Assembly: GCA_963695345.1 (NCBI GenBank)
Contig: OY968769.1
Coordinates: forward strand, 992,001 to 1,056,000
Length of the DNA stretch: 64,000 nt
Source of the DNA: an uncultured Methanomassiliicoccales archaeon
GTDB taxonomy: Archaea > Thermoplasmatota > Thermoplasmata > Methanomassiliicoccales > UBA472
Direction: 5' to 3'
The notes under the pieces were generated by a model. It had not been told where the DNA came from. It was given only the letters and a program-made list of their open reading frames with translations, and did not search any database. Shown here one piece after another: positions 11,847 to 22,138 of the stretch. A program made the position numbers and the translations under genes. The stretch's first letter is position 1; each line of letters begins with the position of its first letter.

Positions 11847-13318
11847 TGTACCGCCAGGCCAGGTACGATACCCGGACGGTGTTCGAACTGGGGGGAGGGT
11901 CCGATCCCTGCATCCGCCTGAAAAAGGAACTGGATGACGCCCTTCCGGAGGGGATGATGAGAAAGAGCCTGTGCCTCCCCGAGTCGCCGGAAAGGGATGT
12001 GGTGAAACATTTCGTCAATCTGTCACAGCGCAATTTCTCGGTGGACAATGGGCTGTATCCTCTGGGCTCCTGCACCATGAAATACAATCCCAAATTCGCC
12101 GATTCCCTCGCCTCCATGCCATCGGTGGCCTCGATCCATCCCTACCAGGACGAGGATACCGTCCAGGGGGCGCTCCAGCTGCTGTACCGGCTCGAACGGG
12201 CGTTGTGCGCCATATCCGACATGGACGCGGTCACGCTGCAGCCGGCCGCCGGAGCCCACGGGGAGTTCACCGGCATGCTCATCGCCAAGGCGTTCCATCG
12301 GGCGAACGGCCAGGACCGGACAGAGGTGGTCATACCGGATTCGGCGCACGGGACCAACCCGGCCAGCGCGGCGATGGTCGGATTCGGGGTCCTGGAGATA
12401 CCCTCGAACGCCAACGGATGCGTCGACATCGAAGCGTTGAAAAATGCCGTGTCGCACAAGACCGCGGCGTTTATGATCACCAACCCCAACACCCTCGGCA
12501 TCTTCGAGGAACAGATAAGGGAGATCGCGGACATCGTTCACGACTCCGGGGCCCTGCTGTACTATGACGGAGCCAATTTCAACGCCATCCTGGGAATGAC
12601 CTCGCCAGGCAAGATGAGATTCGACATAATGCACTTCAACCTGCACAAGACGTTCGCCACCCCCCACGGGGGAGGGGGACCGGGAGCGGGCCCGGTAGGG
12701 GTCCGGGAGCATCTGGAAAGATTCCTTCCCGTGCCCCGGGTGGTGGAGCGGGACGGTAAGTATCGGCTCGACTATGATAGGCCCGACAGCATCGGCAAGG
12801 TCCGGGCGTTCCTCGGCAACTACGCGGTGCTGGTGCGCGCTTACGGCTACATCCTGAGACATGGCGCGGATGGACTGCGCGACATATCCCGGGCGGCGGT
12901 CCTGAACTCGAACTACCTGAAGAGCCGGTTGACCGAGGACTTCGAGGTCCCGTACCTTCCATTGCGCAAGCACGAGTTCGTCATCAGCGCCCGGAAGCTG
13001 GCAAAGGAAAAGAACATGAGGGCGCTGGACATAGCCAAGCGGCTTCTCGACCATGGTTTCATGTCACCCACCATCTACTTCCCGTCGCTGGTCGAGGAGG
13101 CGCTGATGATAGAGCCCACCGAGACCGAGACCAAGGAAACGCTGGACCAGTTCGCGGATACGCTCATCGGGATATCCAGGGAGGACCCGGCGGTGGTCCG
13201 TGCCGCCCCGACCAACACCTCGGTCGGGAGGGTCGACGAACTTTACGCGGCGCGCGAACTGATCCTCACCTGGAAGGACTATCTGGCAATGAAGGATGGG
13301 AACAAGGGGAAGGAGTGA
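11846..13318 (+). CDS. gcvPB: Glycine cleavage system P protein subunit 2
   Basis: YPLGSCTMKYNPK, QPAAGAHGE, PLP lysine motif NLHKTFATPHGGGGPG; TGATG overlap. Confidence 0.96.
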   Translation: MYRQARYDTRTVFELGGGSDPCIRLKKELDDALPEGMMRKSLCLPESPERDVVKHFVNLSQRNFSVDNGLYPLGSCTMKYNPKFADSLASMPSVASIHPYQDEDTVQGALQLLYRLERALCAISDMDAVTLQPAAGAHGEFTGMLIAKAFHRANGQDRTEVVIPDSAHGTNPASAAMVGFGVLEIPSNANGCVDIEALKNAVSHKTAAFMITNPNTLGIFEEQIREIADIVHDSGALLYYDGANFNAILGMTSPGKMRFDIMHFNLHKTFATPHGGGGPGAGPVGVREHLERFLPVPRVVERDGKYRLDYDRPDSIGKVRAFLGNYAVLVRAYGYILRHGADGLRDISRAAVLNSNYLKSRLTEDFEVPYLPLRKHEFVISARKLAKEKNMRALDIAKRLLDHGFMSPTIYFPSLVEEALMIEPTETETKETLDQFADTLIGISREDPAVVRAAPTNTSVGRVDELYAARELILTWKDYLAMKDGNKGKE

Positions 13319-13357
13319 ACAACAGAATATTATTAGTACGGTTCCGATAAGGAGACG

Positions 13358-14017
13358 ATGAACAGTTCGCTCGGGTCCGAGGTAGGGGTGGCCCATCTGT
13401 CCGTGGCAGCCAAGCCGATTGGCCGATTCTATGTTTTCGAGGGGATCGACGGAGGAGGGAAGTCGACCGTCGCCAGAATGCTAAATGACAAACTTCTCAC
13501 CTCGTTCGGACGGGACACCGTGCTCACCGCGGAACCTAGCGAATCGTGGATCGGCGATTGCGTTCGCAGGGCGAACAAGGAGGACATCAACGATTTCGCC
13601 GAGGCCCTGCTTTTCATGGCGGACCGGGCCCAGCACACCCAGGAGATCGCCAGGTCGGTGGACCAGGGCAAGATCGTCATCTGCGACCGATATTACATAT
13701 CGACCCTGGCCTACCAGGGCGTCACCCTTGAACGATTGGTCCCTGAGGCAGTCCTCTGGCTCAGGGCGGTGAACGCGCCGATCATCCGAAGGCCGGACAT
13801 AACGTTCTATTTCATGATCGAACCGGAGAAGGCGATGGAGCGCATGAAGGACCGGGACGAGAAGAGCAAGTTCGAGAAGCTGAGCTTCCTCACGAAAGTG
13901 GCCTCGATCTACCATGAGATGTCCCTGTCCGACCCCAGCGCCCACATCATCGACGCCTCCCGACCGTTGGAGGATGTGTTCGCGGAAGTGCTCAGGGCGG
14001 TGCAGCAGAACGTTTAA
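13358..14017 (+). CDS. tmk: Thymidylate kinase
   Basis: FEGIDGGGKST, EALLFMADRAQH, DRYYISTLAYQG; start may be the GTG at 13388. Confidence 0.94.
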   Translation: MNSSLGSEVGVAHLSVAAKPIGRFYVFEGIDGGGKSTVARMLNDKLLTSFGRDTVLTAEPSESWIGDCVRRANKEDINDFAEALLFMADRAQHTQEIARSVDQGKIVICDRYYISTLAYQGVTLERLVPEAVLWLRAVNAPIIRRPDITFYFMIEPEKAMERMKDRDEKSKFEKLSFLTKVASIYHEMSLSDPSAHIIDASRPLEDVFAEVLRAVQQNV

Positions 14018-14025
14018 GTCCGAGC

Positions 14026-15231
14026 GTGGAATTGCTTGAAGGCATGCATCCCTCCGAGGCCATACGCTGCGCCAAAAGCAAGAAATTGTTCGGCAAGCGC
14101 ATCATTCTAGGTATCACTGGATCGATCGCGGCCGTGGAATGCCTGGAGCTCGCCAGGGAACTCATCAGGCATGGGGCGGAGGTGCAGGCGGTGCTTTCCT
14201 TGGAGGCGCAGAAGATCATCACTCCCTGCTCGATGGTATTCGCGACTGGGAACGATGTCGTCACCCAGCTTGACGGCTGGGTGCAGCACGTGGACCTCCT
14301 GGGGAGCGCCCAGGCCAGGGCCGACCTGCTTCTGATAGCGCCCTGCACCGCCAACACCATCTCCAAGATATCCTGCGGCATCGACGACACGCCGGTCACC
14401 ACGATGGCTACGACAGCGCTGGGCTCCAAGGTGCCGATCATCATCGCCCCGGCGATGCACGCGGCGATGTTCGATAATCCCATCGTCCAGACCAACATCA
14501 GCGCCCTGAAGTACATAGGATTGGATTTTGTCGGACCCAGGATGGAGGAGGGAAAGGCCAAGGTCGCCACCAACGAGGAGATAGTGGAGGCGGTCCTCCG
14601 ACGCCTGGGAAAGGGAGACTACCGGGGCAGGAGGGTCCTGATCATCGGCGGCTCATCGGAGGAGCCGATCGATGCTATGAGAGTGATAACCAACCGGGGG
14701 ACCGGGGAGACGGCGGTGCAGCTGGCATTGGCCGCCTACGAAAGAGGGGCAGAGGTGGAGCTGTGGATGGGACGATGCTCGGTAGCCCTGCCTGAATTCA
14801 TCCCCACGAAACGCTTCGTGACCGTCAATGACCTTGTCCAGATGGTTCCCGCGGTGGACCACGACATGGTGTTCGTACCGGCGGCCCTTTCCGATTTCGC
14901 CCCGAAGGCGGCGGGGGGTAAGATCTCCTCGGAAACGAGGGAACTGGAACTGGTCCTGGAACCCGTGGCAAAGGTCCTCCCCCTGCTGAGGAAGAAGAAG
15001 GTCAAGCTGATAGGCTTCAAGGCGGAGAGCGGCATAGGCGAGTCGGAGCTGGTCGTGAAGGCCGAGCAACGGCTGAAACAGCATAAGCTCGACGCCATCG
15101 TGGCCAACGACCTGACCGAGGTGAGGCCGGGATCGACATCGGTCCTGTTCATCACCAGCAAGGGCAAGTATGTGAGACTGACCGGGACCAAGGGAGAGGT
15201 GGCGGACCTGCTCCTGGATAAGGCGGCATGA
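14026..15231 (+). CDS. coaBC: Phosphopantothenoylcysteine decarboxylase/phosphopantothenate-cysteine ligase
   Basis: GITGSIAA, APCTANTISK, APAMH, EPIDAMRVITN, GFKAES, VANDL. Confidence 0.95.
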   Translation: MELLEGMHPSEAIRCAKSKKLFGKRIILGITGSIAAVECLELARELIRHGAEVQAVLSLEAQKIITPCSMVFATGNDVVTQLDGWVQHVDLLGSAQARADLLLIAPCTANTISKISCGIDDTPVTTMATTALGSKVPIIIAPAMHAAMFDNPIVQTNISALKYIGLDFVGPRMEEGKAKVATNEEIVEAVLRRLGKGDYRGRRVLIIGGSSEEPIDAMRVITNRGTGETAVQLALAAYERGAEVELWMGRCSVALPEFIPTKRFVTVNDLVQMVPAVDHDMVFVPAALSDFAPKAAGGKISSETRELELVLEPVAKVLPLLRKKKVKLIGFKAESGIGESELVVKAEQRLKQHKLDAIVANDLTEVRPGSTSVLFITSKGKYVRLTGTKGEVADLLLDKAA

Positions 15232-15235
15232 GAAA

Positions 15236-16099
15236 ATGAGAAGGGCCATCGCGTTCTGTCCTGGACACATCACCGGTTTCTTCCAGCCCATTGAGCATGA
15301 GGACATTTTCTCGACCGGTTCCCGGGGGGCGGGCTTCTGCACCGAGCTGGGCGCCAGGACGGAAGTTTGGATCACTGACGGCGATGGCACCATCGAGGTG
15401 AACATCAACGGGAAGAAGGTGTTCGCCCCGGTGACGGAGTTCGCGCTGCGAAGGATACTCAAGGATGAGGCCTACGACCTCAATGTGGTGACCACACTGG
15501 GACTGCCGATCTCGCAGGGCTTCGGGACCAGTGCGGCCGGGGCCCTCTCCGCGTCCCTGGCATTGTGCAGCCTGCTGGGGCGTCCGGCCCATGAGGGCTA
15601 TGAGGCGGCCCATGAGTCGGAGATCGCCAACCGCACCGGCATGGGCGATGTCTCGGCTCTGTTCCGGGGGGGAATGACTCTTCGCCGGAAGGAGGGGCTG
15701 CCCCCGCTGGGCAAGGTGGACCGGTTCGATGGCGATCCGGAAGTGGTCCTGTGCGTACTCGGCGCTCCGGTCAAGACAAGCGATGTCCTCACCGATGAAC
15801 GGCTGAAGGCATTCATCAATGCCTCGGGCAAGAAGTGCCTGGAGGAGTTCGAGCTGGACCCGACCATCACGGCCTTCGCAAGGCTGTCGAAAAGGTTCGC
15901 CATGGAGACCGGCCTGGCCTCGCCGGAGGCTTTGAAGGCGATCAGGACGGCGGAGCAGTTCGGGCAGGCCAGCATGTCGATGCTAGGCAACTCGGTGTTT
16001 GCGTTCGGAGATGTGGACCGGCTTGAGGAGGCCCTCCGTCGCTTTGGAATGACGTTCCGGACGAAGGTCGATGTCAATCCTCCTCGGCTCATCAAGTGA
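15236..16099 (+). CDS. Archaeal pantoate kinase (GHMP family)
   Basis: FCPGHITGFF, GSRGAG, PISQGFGTSAA, TGMGDV, SMSMLGNSVF; adjacent to coaBC. Confidence 0.9.
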   Translation: MRRAIAFCPGHITGFFQPIEHEDIFSTGSRGAGFCTELGARTEVWITDGDGTIEVNINGKKVFAPVTEFALRRILKDEAYDLNVVTTLGLPISQGFGTSAAGALSASLALCSLLGRPAHEGYEAAHESEIANRTGMGDVSALFRGGMTLRRKEGLPPLGKVDRFDGDPEVVLCVLGAPVKTSDVLTDERLKAFINASGKKCLEEFELDPTITAFARLSKRFAMETGLASPEALKAIRTAEQFGQASMSMLGNSVFAFGDVDRLEEALRRFGMTFRTKVDVNPPRLIK

Positions 16100-16203
16100 G
16101 GTACACGTCCATCTGCGAAAGGGAGACCGATGCCGATGGAATCGTTCCTGTCGATGGGAATCGGATCGCTCTACCTCGCAGAGTATCAGATTGGTCTGCG
16201 CGC

Positions 16204-16500
16204 CTATTCGTAAAGGGTAAAGAGCTGGTCATCCCCGCCGACGTCGAACAGCCCTATCCGGGCACCGCAATCGAGCCATCCGTGGGCATAGTTGACACAG
16301 GCGAAGGCGTTGATGAAGTCCCCTGTCTCACGGAAATGCTTGGCATCCTCATAGTAGGTCGTCGCCATCTCCAGGAATGAATCCGCCAGCTTCCGGTTGA
16401 AGGAGCGCTCGGGCGGGGAGACCCGGATCTTGTCCAAAGCCCTACTGGTTATGCCCAGATATCGGTCCAGGTGCTCATCGGTGATCTGGTCCCGCCTCAT
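16204..16500 (-). CDS. DUF357 family protein
   Basis: MATTYYEDAKHF...AFACVNYAHGWLDCGARIGLF; start at MRRDQ. Confidence 0.88.
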   Translation of the reverse strand: MRRDQITDEHLDRYLGITSRALDKIRVSPPERSFNRKLADSFLEMATTYYEDAKHFRETGDFINAFACVNYAHGWLDCGARIGLFDVGGDDQLFTLYE

Positions 16501-16502
16501 CT

Positions 16503-18191
16503 CTACCCCTTCGTGGGGATGATCTCGATGCTTTCCCCGCCGTGCCTTGACTCGCGGGGCCTGACCTCTACGAACAAGGGCATCTGGATATTGCCTCCGA
16601 CGATGAGCGCGACCCCTATCGGCAGACGCTGGATGTCGTCCTCCATTCCCTCGGAGAGCCCTTCGACGGAGGACAGGATGGCCTTCAGGTCGTTGGGGTT
16701 GGTCACCTTCAGGATCATCTGGGTGTTGCATTGCGACAGGACGTTCTTGTCGATCTTGGCGGCCCTCTGCGAGATGATGGTGAGGCCGAGACCGAACTTC
16801 CTGCCCTCGGCGGCAATGGTCCGGAATATCTTGGAGGAAGCTGCCAGTCCCTGCTGCGGGCACCAGTTATGGGCCTCTTCGGCCACCAGCATCATCGGCG
16901 GGATCTTCCCGATCTTACGCAGTTCGAACAGCGCAGTGCAAATGCGATTGACGATCAGCTCGGAGATGTCTGGAGGAGTCCCGCGGAGGTTGATGATGGT
17001 CATCTTGCCCTGCACCACCAGCTCGTCGATGCGAGTTCCCTGCGGGGCAAAGATATTGACCTCGTTCAGGTACTCCAGTTCGGCGATCAGGGAGTTGTTG
17101 GCGGCATCCTCCTCGGCCTCGAGCATGGCTATGATGTCCTTCAGCCCGAAATCCTTCTTGACCGACTTCACCGAATCGATGGCCTTGCGAAGGGCGGTGA
17201 GGAACACCTTCCCGTTCTTGATCTGGGTCAGACCGAGCAGCTCACGGGCGTCGATGTTGGCCAACGTGAACTTCAGAGGCTTGGCGCTCTTGTTCACGGA
17301 TACGTCCGTGGCGAACTCCTGGATCTTTTCCCCGAATCCCTGGGGGAGGATGTGGAAGTCCTTGCCGCCCTTTGGGGCGGAGCCGATGTCCCGCATGGCG
17401 GCGTACTCCCCGTGGGGGTCGATGACCATGACCGTAACGTCGTGCTTCATCAGCTCCTCGATCAGGTCGCCGCACAGGAACGATTTGCCACCCCCGGTCT
17501 TGGCCAGGATGGAAACGTGCTTCTGTACCATGGCATTGATGTCCACCTCGACCCTGATGTCATGACCGAACAGGTATCCCAGGTAAGCGCCGGTCTTGGT
17601 GTGCTCCTTCAGGCCGATGCAGTCCTTGATCAGCTCATCCCGGGCGCGGAATACCATATCGCCGGCCTTGAACGGTGAGCGCGGCACTTGAAGCAGTCCT
17701 CGGTCATCGCGGAACCCGACGATGTTGACGGTCGCCGCCACCATCTCGTCGATGTCGACGTTCATCCCCTCGGATATCTTCTTGGCCTTCTCGATGGTCA
17801 GGTCGGTCTTCCTCTGCACATCGACGACCTGTCCCAGTACCCAGCCGTCATGCGCGTGCTTGATCTGGACGTATTCCATCTTTTCGATGTCGCCGTCGAC
17901 ACGGAAATGGAGCTCGGTCGATCCGACGTTGCCGTAGATGATGCCGACCCCGTCGAGGTCGCCGTACTTCTCGTCCTTGACTAGGTGCTTGGAGGGCGCC
18001 CTGACCTTGACGGGCACTAGCTCAGAAGGGTGGACCGATGGCTCCGCTTCGGTCGGGTCGTCGGTGCCTGGATCCTCTATGATCGCCTCCGGTTTCGGCT
18101 CGAGGTCGATCTTGTCCTCTGCCTCGGTGAAGGCTTGGCCTGGTGTAGATTCAAAATCTGAATTGGTTTGCATTCCCATCCTGACCGACAT
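16503..18191 (-). CDS. HerA-like ATPase (HAS-barrel + DUF87)
   Basis: HVSILAKTGGGKS, IDPHGEY, VAEEAHNW, EGRKFG, ISQRAA, LSQCNTQ; acidic N-terminal extension. Confidence 0.9.
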   Translation of the reverse strand: MSVRMGMQTNSDFESTPGQAFTEAEDKIDLEPKPEAIIEDPGTDDPTEAEPSVHPSELVPVKVRAPSKHLVKDEKYGDLDGVGIIYGNVGSTELHFRVDGDIEKMEYVQIKHAHDGWVLGQVVDVQRKTDLTIEKAKKISEGMNVDIDEMVAATVNIVGFRDDRGLLQVPRSPFKAGDMVFRARDELIKDCIGLKEHTKTGAYLGYLFGHDIRVEVDINAMVQKHVSILAKTGGGKSFLCGDLIEELMKHDVTVMVIDPHGEYAAMRDIGSAPKGGKDFHILPQGFGEKIQEFATDVSVNKSAKPLKFTLANIDARELLGLTQIKNGKVFLTALRKAIDSVKSVKKDFGLKDIIAMLEAEEDAANNSLIAELEYLNEVNIFAPQGTRIDELVVQGKMTIINLRGTPPDISELIVNRICTALFELRKIGKIPPMMLVAEEAHNWCPQQGLAASSKIFRTIAAEGRKFGLGLTIISQRAAKIDKNVLSQCNTQMILKVTNPNDLKAILSSVEGLSEGMEDDIQRLPIGVALIVGGNIQMPLFVEVRPRESRHGGESIEIIPTKG

Positions 18192-18344
18192 ATCAAGTGG
18201 ATGGAATAAATATGTTTGCCACTCAATTCTGGATGGATTGAACGTTCGCTAGGGGAATGGGATTCAGAGAGGCGTTCGTTCCAAAAAGATACAAAAAAGT
18301 GCGATTGGATTAATTATCCGAAGCATCATGACTGAACGATAAGA

Positions 18345-19193
18345 ATGCTTGTTGTTGGAGGATCGGCATCGACCAAACTGGCCATGGACCTGGCCACGGA
18401 ATTGAATGCTGAATACACATCGGCGACGGTCAAGCGGTTCCCCGACGGGGAGTGCTACGTTCGCATAGAGAAGGAATCGCTGGACGATGATGTGGTGATC
18501 GTCCAGAATTCCTATCCAGATGAGAAAATGGTCGAGCTGTTCCTTTTGCAGGACGCGGCCATCGGCCTGGGGGCCAAGAAGGTCATCAACGTCATCCCAT
18601 ACTACGGATATGCCAGGCAGGACGAACGCTTCAACAAGGGAGAACCCCTGTCGGCGAGGGTCATGGTCGACCATATCCAGATGAACGCGGACAAGGTCAT
18701 CCTGGTCGACATCCATAACCATACCATGCTGGACTGGTTCGACCAGGCGGAGGTGGTCGATACCCACGCCGCCCCGGCCATAGGCAGATTCTACAAGGAC
18801 CAGGGGATCGACCTGGTGCTGGCGCCGGACGAGGGGGCGCTGAAGCGCGCGGGATGGGTCGCCGAAGTGCTCAATTGCGAGTGGGACTACCTGGTCAAGA
18901 CCAGGCTGTCCGGTACGAACGTCCACATGACGCCCAAGAACATCGACGCGAAGAACAAGAAGGTCCTTATCGTCGACGACATCATCTCCACCGGCGGGAC
19001 CATCGTGGCCGCCACCGAGGAGCTGAGACGCCTGGGGGCCAGGAGCGTCAGCGCGGCATGCACCCACGGACTCTTTGTGGGCGGGGCGTTGGACCGCCTG
19101 AAGAAGCACTGCGACAAGATCACCGCCGCCAACACGCTGGAGAGCGAGGTCTCGGTCATCTCGGTGGCGCCGGAAGTGGCCAAGGCGGTATGA
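18345..19193 (+). CDS. prs: Ribose-phosphate pyrophosphokinase
   Basis: RFPDGE, PYYGYARQD, VDDIISTGGT, CTHG. Confidence 0.96.
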   Translation: MLVVGGSASTKLAMDLATELNAEYTSATVKRFPDGECYVRIEKESLDDDVVIVQNSYPDEKMVELFLLQDAAIGLGAKKVINVIPYYGYARQDERFNKGEPLSARVMVDHIQMNADKVILVDIHNHTMLDWFDQAEVVDTHAAPAIGRFYKDQGIDLVLAPDEGALKRAGWVAEVLNCEWDYLVKTRLSGTNVHMTPKNIDAKNKKVLIVDDIISTGGTIVAATEELRRLGARSVSAACTHGLFVGGALDRLKKHCDKITAANTLESEVSVISVAPEVAKAV

Positions 19194-19196
19194 TTC

Positions 19197-20194
19197 TCAT
19201 ACGTTGAAGGCTTCCAGGAGGATGAACACCATCACCGCCGAGACCAGTGCGGTGATGGCACCATATCGGTTGATGAAATTGACCCTTCTGGGATGGCGAA
19301 AGAAATCTGTCTCCACCACTCCCAGCACGGTCACCGCGATGGTCAGGCCCAGGAACACGTAGACTGAGATTATCAGCTCGTCGAATACGCTGAACGAGCT
19401 CATCGGCGGCAGTGTCGATTGCTGCCCATAGTAGAAAAGGACGGCCGAGATTATCATGCTGGAGTTCAGGCCGAGCCTCAGCCCAATGTTCGATTCCTTA
19501 GACTCGCGGAAGAAGAAAGACAGGCTGGAGACCATGCAGAATATGATCGGTGGCAGGATTATCTGGATGGCTGCCGGAAGGCTGTCCCGCTCCACCTGGA
19601 TGACGAATGTGGCCTGGGAATACGTCTCTCCGAACGTGTACGCATGCTCGCCCACGGAGTAGTTGACATATTGTATCTTCCAGCCCGGGATCACTACGCT
19701 GGACTCGTCGTAACCACTGTAATCTGAGGCCCAGACATAATGCAGCTCAGTATCATTTAGGACAGCGTCCTCCAGTTGGATCTTTAGCCCGCCGGACTCG
19801 AACGGATATTTGTTGAGATCGGGGGGAATGAACAGATTGGCCCTGAGCCGGAACCATTGTTCCTTGATATCCCCACTGGTGTTGTCGATTATCTTCTGGA
19901 AAGCGTTGGCGTAGGCAGGGTGGCCGTTCATTATCTCGAAATTCATGCTGCTGATGTTCGGGTCGGTCCAAACGAACCAAAGGTAGAAATCGAATGAGTA
20001 CGCCCCTTTACCGAAATCGAAGTTGCTGACTCCATTGACGTATATGCCGACCAAGACGTCGGTCGTGTTCGGAGAGGGTGCGCCGTCAGCTGGGAAGGCC
20101 TGACCTCCACCTTCACGTCCGAGCTGGACAAGGTGGCAAATGATCCTATCATGAGCAAAGCCATCAGGACGAATATCGCCAGCCCCCGCCTCAT
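19197..20194 (-). CDS. Pentameric ligand-gated ion channel homologue (Pro-loop, GLIC/ELIC-like); frameshift near 20100
   Basis: Signal peptide MRRGLAIFVLMALL joins by one indel to ...TTDVLVGIYVN...DFYLWFVWTD...DLNKYPFE...PGWKI...YSQATFVIQVER. Four TM helices follow, with the M1 Pro (IILPP) and the M2-M3 loop LPP. Confidence 0.8.
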
Positions 20195-20303
20195 GGCATG
20201 ATTTATTGCAGGACCAGAGGTATATTACTGTTGTTTACGGGGAAGTTCGGTTCGTATGTAACTATTAAGTTACGAATCACATTTCCACCCATCCGAAGCC
20301 AAG

Positions 20304-21710
20304 GTGTCCCTGATGAAGAAAGAGGAAGACTTCAGCGAATGGTACAACGAGATTGTCGAGCTAGCCAACCTGACGGACAAGCGCTACCCGATCAAGGGAA
20401 TGAACGTCTGGACACCCTATGGCTGGAAGATCATGCGTCATATCGACACCTACATCCGGCAGGAGTGCGACGCCACCGACCACGGGGAGGTCAACTTCCC
20501 GCTCCTGATCCCGGAGACCGAGTTCCAGAAGGAGAAGGACCACATCAAGGGGTTCGACGCCGAGGTGTATTGGGTGACACACGCCGGCCTCAATGAGCTC
20601 GATATCCGGTTGTGCCTGAGGCCAACATCGGAAACCGCCATGTACCCGATCTTCGCACTCTGGGTCAGATCGCACACCGACCTGCCGCTCAAGACCTACC
20701 AGCTGGTCAACACATTCCGTTATGAGACGAAGCAGACCAGGGCCTTCATCCGGGTCCGGGAGATCCACTTCTTCGAGTCGCACACGTGCCATGTGGACGA
20801 GGCCGACGCCCAGAAACAGGTGGAGGAGGACTTCGTCATACTGAAGAACATCATGGCCCAGCTCTGCCTCCCTTACTCGCTCCTGAAGAGGACCGACTGG
20901 GACAAGTTCCCGGGCGCCTACTATACCGTTGGCGTCGACACTCTTATGCCGGAGGGCAAGTCGCTGCAGCTGGGCTCGATCCACCACTACCGGGAGAACT
21001 TCTCCAGGCCGTTCGACATCAAGTACGAGGACATCAACGGTCAGATGCAGTACTGCCACCAGACCACCTTCGGGATGAGCGAGCGCCTGGTCGGTGCGGT
21101 CGTGGGCGTCCACGGGGACGACAAGGGACTGATCCTGCCTCCGGCGGTGGCGCCTTTCCAGGTCGTCATCATACCGATCCTGGCGAAGGGTAACGTGGAG
21201 GCCGTCGCGGTCGAGGCCAGGAAGCTGGCCGATGAACTCATCGCCGCCGGGATACGGGTCAAGCTGGACGATTCGAACGACCGCCCGGGAAGCAAGTTCT
21301 ATAACTGGGAGATCAAAGGCGTCCCGTTCCGCCTGGAGCTGGGCATGAGGGACATCGAAGGAGGAAAGGTCGCATACGCCAAGCGCAACGACGGCAAGAA
21401 AGGCTCGTTCACCCGCGCCACCTGCGTCCAGGAGGTCAAGGCCATGCTCGACACCATAATGACCGAGATGCTGGAAACGGCCAGGAAGAGGATGACCGAA
21501 TCCTATGTCACGATCACCTCGTTGGACAATATCCCAGGTAAGACGCTAAGGTTCGGATGGTGCGGCGATGCCGCATGCGGGCACACCCTGGAGCAGAAGA
21601 CCGAGCTCAAGCTCCTGGGAACACCGTACATCCACGAGGAATTCCAGGGGAAGTGCATCGTCTGCGGCAAGGACACGGACAAGGTCGCATACGCCTCAAA
21701 AGCGATGTAA
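20304..21710 (+). CDS. proS: Proline--tRNA ligase (archaeal/eukaryotic type)
   Basis: FSEWYNEI, LRPTSETAMY, FRYETKQTRAFIRVRE, HGDDKGLILPP, C-terminal Zn CIVCG. Confidence 0.97.
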   Translation: MSLMKKEEDFSEWYNEIVELANLTDKRYPIKGMNVWTPYGWKIMRHIDTYIRQECDATDHGEVNFPLLIPETEFQKEKDHIKGFDAEVYWVTHAGLNELDIRLCLRPTSETAMYPIFALWVRSHTDLPLKTYQLVNTFRYETKQTRAFIRVREIHFFESHTCHVDEADAQKQVEEDFVILKNIMAQLCLPYSLLKRTDWDKFPGAYYTVGVDTLMPEGKSLQLGSIHHYRENFSRPFDIKYEDINGQMQYCHQTTFGMSERLVGAVVGVHGDDKGLILPPAVAPFQVVIIPILAKGNVEAVAVEARKLADELIAAGIRVKLDDSNDRPGSKFYNWEIKGVPFRLELGMRDIEGGKVAYAKRNDGKKGSFTRATCVQEVKAMLDTIMTEMLETARKRMTESYVTITSLDNIPGKTLRFGWCGDAACGHTLEQKTELKLLGTPYIHEEFQGKCIVCGKDTDKVAYASKAM

Positions 21711-21739
21711 AACCCTTCCAACCCTCTTTTCTTTTCTTG
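21709..21739 (+). terminator. Pyrimidine-rich archaeal terminator after proS
   Basis: AAAACCCTTCCAACCCTCTTTTCTTTTCTT immediately after the TAA. Confidence 0.5.
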
Positions 21740-21807
21740 AAATGTGATGAGGCCGTTTAGGGCGACAGCTGAATGATAGAAACAACAAACATCTTATCTG
21801 CGGGTCT

Positions 21808-22017
21808 TCAGTCCTTTTTGGTCCTGGCGAACAGGATACCGAAGACGCCGAAGAGAACCATCACGATCACCAGGGAATACAATCCGATGAACTTCGGTTC
21901 AAAGAAGTTCCATCCGTTGAACCCGATACCCCAGGCGACATAAAGCGCAATTCCGCTGATGAGCAAGAGGACTGAAATGCCCATTATTATTCTCTTGGGG
22001 AAGGCGTTCTCTTCCAT
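21808..22017 (-). CDS. Small 2-TM membrane protein
   Basis: Two hydrophobic helices and a basic C-terminus (ARTKKD). Confidence 0.7.
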   Translation of the reverse strand: MEENAFPKRIIMGISVLLLISGIALYVAWGIGFNGWNFFEPKFIGLYSLVIVMVLFGVFGILFARTKKD

Positions 22018-22138
22018 CAAGAGCGCCAAAATGCGGTCAGCCTATTAATAGATTGGGCTACGCCCCCTGGATGCTGGAGATGGTCAGTCGTCGACAGCTG
22101 ACGCTATGCTGATGAAGAAAGAAAAAGGGAAAAGTGGC

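Noticed and set aside
16471-17678. Long antisense ORFs (364 and 315 aa) over the HerA-like gene, and similar ones over gcvP, purL and cdc48
   Set aside because: Shadow ORFs expected from GC-rich codon usage; no recognisable motifs.
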